Of a stretch of 64,000 nucleotides of DNA, positions 20,355-30,554 are shown piece after piece (the first letter of the stretch is position 1; every line of letters begins with the position of its first letter). A model generated the notes under the pieces. The model saw only the letters and a program-made list of their open reading frames with translations, was not told the DNA's origin and searched no databases. The stretch spans positions 416,001 through 480,000 of the forward strand of contig OZ242221.1 in assembly GCA_965206845.1 (NCBI GenBank). Direction: 5' to 3'. A program made the position numbers and the translations under genes. This DNA comes from Cenarchaeum sp. GTDB lineage: Archaea; Thermoproteota; Nitrososphaeria; Nitrososphaerales; Nitrosopumilaceae.

Positions 20355-21353
20355 CTAGCTTCTGCCAGGCTCTTCGTCGATCAGCCTGCGGAGGGCCCTG
20401 ATGTGGCCGGGGCCCGTCCCGCAGCACCCGCCTATGATGCGGATGCTGCCGCACTCCTGCAGCAGGTCCTCCATGGCGCCTGCCATCTCATCTGGAGTCA
20501 TCCTGTAGACCGCGCGGCCCTGCTGGTTCTCCGGCATGCCGGCGTTTGGCACCACCAGCACCCCGTGCTCCTGCTCGTCCAGCCACTTCACGCTGGACAC
20601 CATCTCCACCGGGCCAGTGGAGCAATTCAGCCCAAAGATGTCTATCCCCATGCCTGACACGGTGGTGTACGCGGCCTGCACGCTGGTTCCAAGAAGCATC
20701 TTCCCGTGCTGGTCCAGTGTCGTGTTTGCGATTATTGGGGTCGGGGTCTTGGTGGCCTCTGCTGCGTGATGACACGCCTCCACTGCCAGCTTGATCTCCA
20801 GCACGTCCTGGCTTGTCTCGATTAGTAAAGCATCAACCCCGCCAAGTATGAGGCCGCGTGCCTGAAGCTCGAATGCCTGGCAGATCTCGTCCAGGGGCTT
20901 CTGGCCCAAGTCGGGATCATCGGAGCTGGGCAGGTATCCGGTGGGGCCCATGCTCCCTATCACGTATCTGGGCCTGTCCGTGTAGCCGGATGCCACCCCG
21001 GCTGCCAGCTGCGCCACCTTTTGGTTGAACCCGACTGTCTGGTTCCCGAACCCGTACTCGTCCAGCTTGATGCGGTTTGAGCCAAAGGAGTTGGTCTCGA
21101 TGCAGTCGGCGCCGGCATCAAGGTAGCTCCGGTGGATCTGCCGTATCCACTCCGGATGGGTGAGCACCAGGCCGTCGTTGAAGCCGTCCTTGCCGTCTGG
21201 AAAGTCCTCGGGCTTGGGATCCAACTTCTGGATCTCGGTGCCCATGGCCCCGTCAAAGAGCAGTATGCGGCGCTTCAGTGCTTCCAAGAGCGGTTCCTTT
21301 TGTGCCAACGTGTGTGTTGTGATACAGTCACTAATATTGTTAGGTTTTGGCAT
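20355..21353 (-). CDS. metH: Methionine synthase homocysteine S-methyltransferase domain (split MetH, N-terminal part)
   Basis: FDGAMGT, GLNCSTGP, PNAG, GGCCGT Zn ligands. Confidence 0.92.
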   Translation of the reverse strand: MPKPNNISDCITTHTLAQKEPLLEALKRRILLFDGAMGTEIQKLDPKPEDFPDGKDGFNDGLVLTHPEWIRQIHRSYLDAGADCIETNSFGSNRIKLDEYGFGNQTVGFNQKVAQLAAGVASGYTDRPRYVIGSMGPTGYLPSSDDPDLGQKPLDEICQAFELQARGLILGGVDALLIETSQDVLEIKLAVEACHHAAEATKTPTPIIANTTLDQHGKMLLGTSVQAAYTTVSGMGIDIFGLNCSTGPVEMVSSVKWLDEQEHGVLVVPNAGMPENQQGRAVYRMTPDEMAGAMEDLLQECGSIRIIGGCCGTGPGHIRALRRLIDEEPGRS

Positions 21354-21545
21354 GTCCTGTACGGCGTACCGACGATGCAGCCAACTTCTGCGCTACGGAC
21401 GTACCAGTTCTGGTTGTGCAGTAGCACTGCCAGACATGCGTCTGCTCAAACTGTTTGCATGTCTCGTACCGGTGCATACACTCCAATCCCAGCACGGACA
21501 GGTTTCCTGCACAGGACATACCGAGCCGTTGTGGGCTTAAAGGCG

Positions 21546-22913
21546 CTATCCCAGATACTTTAGGATTGTCCTGGAGCCGGGATGAAGGGGTATCTTCTTC
21601 TGGCAGTCATAGATCATTTTGACCACCGACTCCTCGTAAATCCGGTTTAGTCGGAATCTGGTCTTTGCGTGGTGCTGCACTATGCAGATGCAGGAGATGT
21701 CGCGCAGCAGCCCGTCTGCAAGATCAGGCAGGACGGTAAAGTTTTTTTCGGTCATCGAGTTCTCCACCAAGTACTTTCCTATCAGATCGCCATCAAAGTA
21801 CGGATCGTACGCATACACGTCATAGCCGTTGGCGGCGAACTCGCCGATGACCTTGAATGCCGGCGAGTCGCGCATGTCCTCGATGTCGGGCTTGTAGGCC
21901 AGCCCGCAGACCAGGACTGATCTCTTCAGGGAGTTCTCAGAGATCGCCCGGTCTATCGAGTCAAAGACATACCTTGGCACGAATGCATTTGTCTGTAGGG
22001 CCTTTGAGATGGATCCAAAGTCAAGACCGAACTTTTTAGCAGATTCCAGCAGGAACTGTGGATCCTTGGGTACGCAGTGGCCACCGGCTCCCGCGCCGGG
22101 ATAAAACGGCATAAAGCCAAAGGGCTTTGTCGCCGCGGCGCCAATAACCTCGGACACGCTGATTCCCAGGCGGTCGCAGAGAACCGCCAGCTCGTTGACA
22201 AGTGATATGTTTACAAGCCGGAACGTGTTCTCAAAGGACTTTACTACCTCTGCGGTCTTGGCAGAGGAGACGCGCATTAGGTTTGAGTTGTTGATGTGGT
22301 GGTAGATTTTTTCTGTGATCGAGAACGTGGTATCGTCAGAGCAGTAAATTATCCTTGGAATGTTCTCAAGGTTCCATTTCCGGTTTTGCGGGTCTATGCG
22401 CTCGGGGCAGAAGGCCAGTCCGAAGTCCAGGCCCATGCGATATCCCGAGGACTCGATCATTTTTTTGATCTCATCGGTGGTTCCAACCTCGACGCTGCTC
22501 TCAATGATGACAAGGTCGCCTGCACTTGCAGATTTTAGAAAGTCCCTGACTGCCGCAACCACATGGACGCTGGAGTCTATGCCATTTCGCGGAATTATGG
22601 TCGGGACGCAGATGATTCCGATCCGCGTATTGGGAGACGGCCTGCTCTGGCTATCCAGCAAGAGGTATCCGCTCTTCCGGTTCTCCAAAAAGACGCCCTT
22701 CATCTTGAGCTCGGAGTTGCACAGCCGGTTCTCAGACAGCCTTTTGATCCTGTCGCGGTTTGTGTCGATGCCAGTAACATGGAACCTAGCCGAAGACACC
22801 CTGACTGACAGCGGAAATCCGACGTAGCCCAGGCCAAAGATCTCTATGCGCGCCAGGCGCGACTCAACATCGGCCTGGGATTCGTGCAAGGTTCTGCCGC
22901 TTGTGCCATCCAA
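21546..22913 (-). CDS. Nucleotide-sugar dehydrogenase (UDP-GlcNAc/ManNAc 6-dehydrogenase type)
   Basis: GLGYVG, FCPERIDP, KSFENTFRLVNI, GAGGHCVPKDP, GLAYKPDIEDMRDSP; start uncertain. Confidence 0.88.
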   Translation of the reverse strand: MDGTSGRTLHESQADVESRLARIEIFGLGYVGFPLSVRVSSARFHVTGIDTNRDRIKRLSENRLCNSELKMKGVFLENRKSGYLLLDSQSRPSPNTRIGIICVPTIIPRNGIDSSVHVVAAVRDFLKSASAGDLVIIESSVEVGTTDEIKKMIESSGYRMGLDFGLAFCPERIDPQNRKWNLENIPRIIYCSDDTTFSITEKIYHHINNSNLMRVSSAKTAEVVKSFENTFRLVNISLVNELAVLCDRLGISVSEVIGAAATKPFGFMPFYPGAGAGGHCVPKDPQFLLESAKKFGLDFGSISKALQTNAFVPRYVFDSIDRAISENSLKRSVLVCGLAYKPDIEDMRDSPAFKVIGEFAANGYDVYAYDPYFDGDLIGKYLVENSMTEKNFTVLPDLADGLLRDISCICIVQHHAKTRFRLNRIYEESVVKMIYDCQKKIPLHPGSRTILKYLG

Positions 22914-23002
22914 AATGCTTACAGCGGTCTTGATTGCGGCGGACTTAATATTTTGTGTGCACCTGGCCAGGCGGTGGCCGGATCGGGCCTGCAGGCAGGC
23001 TC

Positions 23003-23770
23003 CTACCGCAGGCCCCACCGGGACATGACCTTGAACTCAAGCCGCTTGAAGAGCAGCCCGTCGATCACCATTCCCAGAGCCATGATCAGCACCATTATGG
23101 CGATCACCTGGGATACGTCAATCGTCTGCCTTCCCACGTTCAGCAGGAATCCCAGTCCCAGAAACGAGAACAGAATCTCCGCCCCTATCACACCCCTCCA
23201 AGCAAAGGCCCACCCCTGTTTGAATCCGGATATCATGTAGGGGAATGCGGCCGGAATCAGCACGTTTGTGATGAGCTGGCCCTCCTTTGCCCCCATGTTG
23301 CGGGCAGCCTCGACATAGTGGGGATCGATGTTCTTTACGCCGGTATACGTGTTTATCGTGACCGCAAAGACGGCGCCGATCGCAGTCACAAACACGATTC
23401 CCGCACCGGAGACCCCGAACCAGATCAGCGCCAGCGGCACCCAGGCAATCGAGGGAATGGACTGCAGGCCAAGAACCAGCGATCCTATGGTCTGGTTTAC
23501 CGTCTCCACCCTGGCCATAAAGATTCCCAGAACCATTCCGCCGCATATTGCAATTGCCAGGCCGACGATCAGTCTCCACATGCTGGTTCCCATACCAAGC
23601 AGAATGCTTCCGTCGGCTATGCCGTAGGCAAGATCCTCGGCGACCTCGTAGGGTGACGGGAATATCTCGTCCGGCCACACCCCCGAGTCTGCCACCCCCT
23701 GCCAGATGCCGATCAGTGCGGTATAGAATGCAATCTTCTTCAGCATTGTCTTGTGCGACTTGCTCTTCAT
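23003..23770 (-). CDS. ABC transporter permease, sulfonate/taurine/nitrate (SsuC/TauC-like)
   Basis: IPSIAWVPL, EAARNMGA loop, AWRGVIGAE. Confidence 0.9.
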   Translation of the reverse strand: MKSKSHKTMLKKIAFYTALIGIWQGVADSGVWPDEIFPSPYEVAEDLAYGIADGSILLGMGTSMWRLIVGLAIAICGGMVLGIFMARVETVNQTIGSLVLGLQSIPSIAWVPLALIWFGVSGAGIVFVTAIGAVFAVTINTYTGVKNIDPHYVEAARNMGAKEGQLITNVLIPAAFPYMISGFKQGWAFAWRGVIGAEILFSFLGLGFLLNVGRQTIDVSQVIAIMVLIMALGMVIDGLLFKRLEFKVMSRWGLR

Positions 23771-24528
23771 TTGCCCTTCTTCACCTCGGGTCTCAGCTCG
23801 GCCAGGATGTCCTGTTGGTACTTTATCAGGTCTCCGTCCTCCGGTATGCGCGGCCTCTTGTAGTCTATGGATATCTCTTTTTTTATCACAGACGGCCTGC
23901 CGCTGAACACTGCAACCCTGGAGCCCAGCACCACGGCCTCAGAGACGTTGTGCGTCACAAACAGGATGGTCTTCTTGGTCCTAGTCCATATGAGCTGCAT
24001 CTCTACCAGCAGCAGGTCCCTGGTCTGCGCATCCAGCGCGGCAAAGGGCTCGTCCATCAGCAATACGTCGGGATCCATCACGAGCGCCCTCGCTATTGCC
24101 ACGCGCTGCTTCATTCCCGTGGAGAGCTGGTACGTGTACGAGTCTGCAAAGTCTGTCAGCTGCATCATGTCCAGATACCGCCGCGATATCTCCGTGCGCT
24201 CGTCCTTGGGAACGCCTGCCATCTTGAGGCCAAACTCCACATTGTCAGATACCTTGAGCCAGGGGAACAGGGCGCCCTCCTGAAACACCATGATCCTCTC
24301 CGGTCCCGTACCGGTTACGGGCTTGCCGTCAAACAGGATCTCACCCTCGTCCATCGTATCCATGCCCGCTACAATTCTAAGAAAGGTGGACTTGCCGCAT
24401 CCCGAGGGGCCCACCAGGCACACAAACTCGCCGTCCTCTACCTTGAGGTTTATCCCCCCCAGAGCCTTGAGCCGGTATTTGTCGTGCTGAAAGTGTTTTA
24501 CGACGTTTCTTGCTTCCAGATTGACCAT
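23767..24528 (-). CDS. ABC transporter ATP-binding protein (SsuB/TauB-like)
   Basis: GPSGCGKST, LSTGMKQR, LLMDEPFAALD, FVTH. Confidence 0.92.
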   Translation of the reverse strand: MVNLEARNVVKHFQHDKYRLKALGGINLKVEDGEFVCLVGPSGCGKSTFLRIVAGMDTMDEGEILFDGKPVTGTGPERIMVFQEGALFPWLKVSDNVEFGLKMAGVPKDERTEISRRYLDMMQLTDFADSYTYQLSTGMKQRVAIARALVMDPDVLLMDEPFAALDAQTRDLLLVEMQLIWTRTKKTILFVTHNVSEAVVLGSRVAVFSGRPSVIKKEISIDYKRPRIPEDGDLIKYQQDILAELRPEVKKGK

Positions 24529-24534
24529 GATCCG

Positions 24535-25539
24535 CTACATCTCCCCCTCATGCCCACCATCCGGCGGCTCGTAGAAGATGCCGTCCAGGTTGTAGCCGTG
24601 CCTGCCCAGGTATCCCAGCGAGTCGGCCCTCTGCGCAAAGACCGAGATCGAGTCCGCCACGGGATCCGAAGTAATCTCGATGTTGGAGAGCGCGGTGTCA
24701 ATTATGCCATCTGGAAAGGAGCTCCCCAGCTCTCTGTCAGTGTATGCGTTGAAGATCATTCTTGCCTCCTGTGGATGTTGGTTGATCCAAACCTCGGCCT
24801 TTTTGTGTGATTCGATCCATTTTCCGACTATCTCAGGATTCTCCTCTGCGTATGCCGCCCTGGCCACCAGCAACACCGACGCAAAGCGTCCGTCGGGCCA
24901 CAGATCCTCCTCCTGGAACACCCTCTTGCCGCCCAGCTGGTCAACGAATATGGTGGCCCAGGGCTCCGGAACCCATGCCGCATCGATGTCGCCCTTGACA
25001 AACAGCGTATAGATGTCCGAGTTTGGCACGTTCAGCACGTACACGGAACCGCCTTTCTCGGCCGGACGCAATCCGTGCTCGGAGAGGTAGTGCCGCAGTG
25101 AGACGTCCTGCGTGTTGGCTATCTGCGGGGCTGCGATCCTTTTTCCGGCAAAGTCCTCCGCGGATTCAATGTCAGAATCTGGATGCGCCACAAGGCTTGC
25201 GCCACCGCTTGCAGCGCCGGCCAGGATCACAATGCCCCGCTCCTCGGACTTGATGAATCCGTTGACTGCAGGTCCGGGACCGACATACGCCATGTCAATC
25301 GAGTTTGCGAACAGTGACTCGATCACCTGCGGGCCGCTGTCAAACAGTTTTGGCGATATCGGGATATCTCCCAGGTTTTCGGAGAATATCTGGTTCTCCA
25401 GTCCCACTATTGGTATGGCATGGCCTATATTTGGGAAGAACGCCACCCTGACACGGTCGTGTTGGGGATCTGTAGTACTGGCCAACGATACTGCCACGGC
25501 TGCGACGACTATAACGCCTATTGCAATCTTGATTTTCAT
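24535..25539 (-). CDS. ABC substrate-binding protein, aliphatic sulfonate family (SsuA-like)
   Basis: FFPNIGHA, YVGPGP, GKRIAAPQIANTQDV, AWVPEPW. Confidence 0.88.
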   Translation of the reverse strand: MKIKIAIGVIVVAAVAVSLASTTDPQHDRVRVAFFPNIGHAIPIVGLENQIFSENLGDIPISPKLFDSGPQVIESLFANSIDMAYVGPGPAVNGFIKSEERGIVILAGAASGGASLVAHPDSDIESAEDFAGKRIAAPQIANTQDVSLRHYLSEHGLRPAEKGGSVYVLNVPNSDIYTLFVKGDIDAAWVPEPWATIFVDQLGGKRVFQEEDLWPDGRFASVLLVARAAYAEENPEIVGKWIESHKKAEVWINQHPQEARMIFNAYTDRELGSSFPDGIIDTALSNIEITSDPVADSISVFAQRADSLGYLGRHGYNLDGIFYEPPDGGHEGEM

Positions 25540-25828
25540 AAAACGCTGTTACAAGTGACCGATAAATAATGATCGAATTTTAGCTCAAGCTATATGCCAT
25601 TGAGATCAGTTGGCATACTCGCCCAACAGATCTCGTCGTCTTGTCCACTTTTTTAGCCATAAGATACTGGCTATTTTGCACGAACCTATGCTTGCCACTA
25701 TTGCGCCTAAGAGAGGACGTGACCCCACATCTAGTTTCGGCGGATCGCTTTAGACGCGGGTCATGGTGGTGACACGCAAAAAAGGTTGCCTCATCTACTG
25801 CTCCACGCATAAGATCTATTAGGTAGTA

Positions 25829-26979
25829 TTACCTATCCCAATCAAAACTGCGTTGCAGTAGTTTGGACAATCTCTCGTTGTGGGGCTTGAAGTATTCGAT
25901 GAGAAACTTGCGCGTACCTTCGTTCATCTTCTTGTAATTTCCAACGTTGCGGTTCTTTAGGTTCCCTACCCTGAAGGGACGTACTCCCAAGAAATCAAAA
26001 ATTTGATCCAGGGTTTGCTGCGGGCTCTTACGGAGGTCTTCTGTGGCCAAGATCAAAAACTGCTTCCTGCCATAATGCCTGAACCAGTTTTCCAACTGCT
26101 CGGCGTAAAAGCCCCTGGCAAGATACGAATGCTTACGGTAGTGATCAGGAACAAAATCCGGATCTTTGATCAGCTGTTCTCTCTCTCCGGCGTACCTCTC
26201 TTTTTCCAACTCAATGGCTTTCTCAAACGACAATGGTTCATTGTTTGTTCTCAATATATGATGATAGTGGGAATATGCACGATCAACGGGATTGCGCAAA
26301 ATCACGATCAGTTTTACGTGCTCCTCAGTTTTCTGCCGGGAACCACCGGGTACGAAAAGTGATAGATCCGGGCTTGCTTCCCGGCCTCTCTTTTTCCAAC
26401 TCAATGGCTTTCTCAAACGACAATGGTTCATTGTTTGTTCTCAATATATGATGATAGTGGGAATATGCACGATCAACGGGATTGCGCAAAATCACGATCA
26501 GTTTTACGTCAGGCAAAAGCTCCTTCATCCTGCCGGGAACCACCGGGTAAAAAAGATAGACCGGGCTTGCTTCCCCACTGAGAAGTTTCTGATTCGTTTT
26601 TTTGTAAAAGCGACGTCTTGACAGATTGGTTGGAAAATGAGAACGATACCACAGTTCGCCAAACTTATACCATATAGAAAAATAATGTACCTCTTTTTTA
26701 GCAGCGGGCACAATCGCCGGATGCTTGACAATAAATCTATACAGCGATCCCGGACTTCATCGCGCCGATAATAACAAAATCAGGAAGCCCCCTCCCCACC
26801 AAATGTGTGGTAATTAGTCGGAACCGGGACTTGTTTTGGTGGTAGGATGCGCGTAAATGCGGATGTTGACGAAGCCAAGTCCTAGCTTTATCCTTGAGAC
26901 GTCCCAATATCAAAATTAACGAACCGGCATTATTTGTATGATATGCTCGGGTGTTGTCCACATTGCCAAAATCCGGCAC
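25829..26979 (-). pseudogene. Sulfotransferase, disrupted (frameshift in the 5'-PSB loop and internal 180-bp duplication)
   Basis: LPDFVIIGAMKSG.., KKEVHYF, GEASP, LRNPVDRAYS, FKPHNERL spread over three ORFs; close paralog of 28655-29554. Confidence 0.8.
26195..26575. repeat. Tandem duplication with 180-bp period
   Basis: cctctctttttccaactcaatgg...gttttacgt at 26195 and 26375; the tail of the first copy is indel-rich. Confidence 0.9.
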
Positions 26980-27259
26980 GCTTTGGCACTCTGATGGGGC
27001 GCCACCCGAGGAGGCTGCGGTGGCGGTATATTCTCTCGTATCCGCAGTGCCGCCGGATCAAGTTGTTCCATCCACGGCATAGTAATCTTATGTGCGTCAA
27101 TCAGATCGTTCAGAAGATAACCGCCACGAGACTACCGCTCTTGGGGGTTATAGCTAAGGGCATAAGTTTGTACGGAACATTGACCAGCACCTATTGGAAT
27201 CGATCACAATTAGTCAAAAAAACAGTGTATTCCATGAAAGATTTGATTCCATAAGTAGG

Positions 27260-27327
27260 TTTTTGAGCGCGTCAAAGTCTTACGGCCTGCTTACACCCTG
27301 CACGAATTTTTGCGTGTCGCTATAGTC
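27260..27327. repeat. 68-bp dispersed repeat, copy 1
   Basis: 63/68 identical to 50285-50352. Confidence 0.85.
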
Positions 27328-27519
27328 GCAGCCATAATGAAAGCATGATAACATCCGCCCACGTACTGTACGTGACAGGTTGACCCCTACCGGATCATGG
27401 CCCATGAGGCCTGCATAATGAATGGGGCGATCCGAGCTGCTTTCGTTAGTGGGACGCACGATCCCTGATAGGTGGCTGCAGCTTCCGGCCTGTCGCAAAT
27501 GGAAAAAGGAGGTGAGAAA
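27328..27519 (+). ncRNA. Candidate structured non-coding RNA upstream of IS110 recombinase (bridge/seekRNA-like)
   Basis: Nested stems 27328-34/27473-79 and 27337-45/27438-46, hairpin 27360-74; SD GGAGGTGA before GTG 27520. Confidence 0.4.
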
Positions 27520-28500
27520 GTGAAAAGCATAGGAATCAACATCGGAAAAAGAAGATGCATAGTCTGCATCATGGACCGGAACGGAACCGTCCTGGAGGAA
27601 ACGGGATACGAGAACACCTACGCCGCGGCAGACGCGTTTGCAAGGAAGGCAAAGATGGAGTACGAGAAATGCCAGGCGGTGTGCGAGTCGACGGGAAATC
27701 TTTGGATCAAGACGTACGAGGCGTTTGAGGATCGCGGCATACCTATCGAGCTTTCCAACCCCATGAAGGCGAGGGCCGTAGCGGAGGCCGGCGTCAAGAC
27801 CGACAGGGTGGGCGCAAGGACTCTGGCGCACCTGCTGCGGACAAACCTTATCGCAAGGTACCACGTGGCAGAAAGGGGGGTGCGTGGAGTGCGGCAGCTC
27901 CTGGGGGAGAGGAACAACCTGGTAAGGGCGAGGACGCAGACCATCAACCGGCTGCACAACCTGCTTGACAGGTACGACCTGAACCCCAAGGATTTCGCAC
28001 AGGACGTCTGGAGGGAGAAGGCCCTCAAGGCTCTCGATTCGAAGAGTTTGGCAGATCCCAACGACGACTACGTGTTGCACATGGCGAGGCGCCTGCGGAA
28101 AGACCACGTTATAAGCTACAGTAGCATATACAGGATAATGAAGGGGAACGGACTGGTGACCCCGTCGGCCGCAAAGTCCAGGAAGAGAAAGTGGGTACGC
28201 TACGAGAGGGGGCACTCCAACTTCATGTGGCATACGGACTGGCACATAATGAAGGATCCGCGCTTCAAAGGACTCAATTTGATAACGTTTCTTGACGATG
28301 CTTCCAGGTGCGTGACCGGGGCAGCCCTGTTCACGGAGGCCACACCGGAGAACGTCGTGGCGGTGCTCCGGCAGGCAATCAAAAGGTTCGGAACCCTGGC
28401 CACGATACTCTCGGACAACGGGTTCTGTTTTGTCGGTGTTCGCAGAAAGGAGCCAAAAAGGCCTTGGCAGGTAACTGATCGGTCTCATGAAGCTAAATAA
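27520..28500 (+). mobile_element. Chimeric ORF: IS110 DEDD N-terminal half fused in frame to an IS481-type integrase core, truncated by an IS66 end
   Basis: GINIGK, VCESTG, KTDRVGARTLAHL (IS110), then RWVRYER-like/MWHTDWH, FLDDASR, ILSDNG (IS481/rve); junction near 28075. Confidence 0.75.
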
Positions 28501-28627
28501 CGTGCCACGCCATGTCAAGGGTAATTTTTTGTGCTGGCGGTGAGGAATTTTACGTACGCCATGGAGGGTTTGCAATGTCGCTGCATTGCACGATCAGACG
28601 GCGATGGTCGTTTGACTCTGCGCGGGG
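28471..28627. repeat. IS66-type terminal fragment, copy 1
   Basis: Starts GTAActgatcggtctcatgaagc; direct repeat of 29727-29919. Confidence 0.75.
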
Positions 28628-28654
28628 TCCGGCTCAATCTTCATATACTGTATT

Positions 28655-29554
28655 TTGCTAGCTTTGGCATTGGGATATTGCAGAGGCAAGGTCAAGAATT
28701 GGCTTTATCGGCATCCGCATTTACACGCATCTTATAGACAAAACAAGTTCCGGATGATCACCTCGCATTTGAGGGGGCTACCTGATTTTGTTATCATCGG
28801 CGCGCAAAAGTCCGGAACTACCTCGCTGTATGACTTTGTTGTCAGGCATCCAGACATCGCGCCCGCCGCTAAAAAAGAAATGCACTATTTTTCTCGGCGT
28901 TATGGGCTTGGCGAACTGTGGTATCGTTCCAATTTCCCAACCAACCTGTCAAGACGTAACTTTTACAAGAAAACTAACCAGAGACGCCTCAGCGGGGAAG
29001 CCAGCCCGACCTATATTTTCTACCCGGCTGTCCCTAGCAGGATGAAGAAGATCTTGCCTGACGTAAAGCTGATCGTGCTCTTGCGCAATCCCGTTGATCG
29101 CGCGTATTCCCAGTATCATCACACTATGAGAGCGAATAAGGAAACGTTGCCGTTTGAGAAGGCCATCGAGGCGGAAGAGGAGAGATGCACCGGAGAAAGG
29201 GAGCGGTTGGTCAAAGATCCATACTTCGTCCCTAGATCATACCAATTATATTCGTATATTGCCAGAGGCCACTACGCGGATCAGCTAGAAAATTGGTTCA
29301 GATATTACAACAGGAAGCAGTTTTTGATCTTGGCCACAGAAGACCTCCGTAAGAGCCCGCAACGGATCCTAGATCAGGTTTTTGGTTTCTTGGAAGTGCC
29401 CCCCTCCCTCCGGGTAGAAAATCTAAGGGATCGCAACGTTGGAAATTACAAGAAGATAAACGAGGGTACACGCAAACTTCTCATCGAGTACTTCAAGCCC
29501 CATAACGAGAGATTATACAAACTGCTGCAACGCAACTTTGATTGGGATAAGTAG
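28655..29554 (+). CDS. PAPS-dependent sulfotransferase (heparan-sulfate sulfotransferase-like family)
   Basis: 5'-PSB PDFVIIGAQKSGTTSLY, KEMHYF, GEASPTY, 3'-PB LRNPVDRAYS. Confidence 0.9.
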   Translation: MLALALGYCRGKVKNWLYRHPHLHASYRQNKFRMITSHLRGLPDFVIIGAQKSGTTSLYDFVVRHPDIAPAAKKEMHYFSRRYGLGELWYRSNFPTNLSRRNFYKKTNQRRLSGEASPTYIFYPAVPSRMKKILPDVKLIVLLRNPVDRAYSQYHHTMRANKETLPFEKAIEAEEERCTGERERLVKDPYFVPRSYQLYSYIARGHYADQLENWFRYYNRKQFLILATEDLRKSPQRILDQVFGFLEVPPSLRVENLRDRNVGNYKKINEGTRKLLIEYFKPHNERLYKLLQRNFDWDK

Positions 29555-29726
29555 GAATGGTACTGCAATGCCGGATCTGATCGTTTTATGCGCAGCCGCT
29601 ACATGCAGGCGCGATCCAGGCCCGATTATGCCCAAGTGTGAATTCAAACAGTCTAAGCCAGCGCCAAGCCACCCAACGGCGGTTAACGCCACGCGGCGCC
29701 CAACGTTAAGCTAAAAGTCGCCCGCC

Positions 29727-30118
29727 GTAACTGATCGGTCTCATGAAGCTAAATAACATGCCACGCCATGTCGGGAGTAATTTTTTGTGCCGGCGGTGAG
29801 GAATTTTACGCGCCGCGCATGTCGTGTGTTTTAGGTGCCCCGGTTACGCACGCCATGAATGGTTTGCAATGTCGCTGCATTGCACGGTCAGACGCGATGG
29901 CCGTTTGATTCTGCGCGGGCCGGGAGGGATTGTCCCGGTCTTGCCTGAAAGGTAGTCCTGTACGAACTGGTAAAAGTTCACGCCACACTGCTCGCACGTG
30001 GCGTAGACGCTCATGAGGATCTTGGTTTGCCGGGCACCGGCATCGGACCTGTTCCCGTACAGGATCTTGCGGAATTCTGCGAACCTCCTCAGCGCCCGCT
30101 CGCTTACGTTGTTGTATA
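29727..30118 (-). mobile_element. IS66-family remnant: transposase C-terminus plus right end
   Basis: Minus strand YNNVSERALRRFAEFRKILYGNRSDAGARQTKILMSVYATCEQCGVNF; the end begins GTAA at 29727. Confidence 0.75.
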
Positions 30119-30194
30119 GCGCCGACTGAAAGTTCGTTCAGGGTAAATCTGCCAAATCGAAAGCAATAATGATCCCCTCCCGTACAGCCACGTC

Positions 30195-30554
30195 ATGGAC
30201 GTTACAAAGCGGGAAGAGCTGGAAAAAGCGTACAGAAAAGAAAAGGATTCCAGAGTGATCCTCAGGATGCTTGCCGTACACATGGTCCGCGTGCGCAAAA
30301 TGCCGTACACATGGTCCGCGTGCGCAAAATGAGCGTAAGCGAGACTGCAGCCAACCTCATGCGGTCCGACAGGTGGGTGCATACTTGGCTGGAACGCTTC
30401 GATGCCGGAGGCCTTGACGGCCTCCGGGATCTTCCCAGAAGCGGTAGGCCGCCAAAGATTCCGCGCGAGATCATGGCGCGGATAATCGAACAGGCCGTCC
30501 AACCCCAGTGCACCCCCAGGGAGCTGCAGAAGATCATACGCGAGGATACCGGCA
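30195..30554 (+). pseudogene. IS630-type transposase N-terminal HTH fragment
   Basis: WLERFDAGGLDGLRDLPRSGRPPK; frameshifted by a 29-bp tandem duplication (30272-30329) and cut at CTAG by the next IS. Confidence 0.75.

Noticed and set aside
28471-29919. Direct repeats as a novel ncRNA or integron attC-like sites
   Set aside because: Explained as IS66 ends: GTAA start and contiguity with the IS66 transposase C-terminus.
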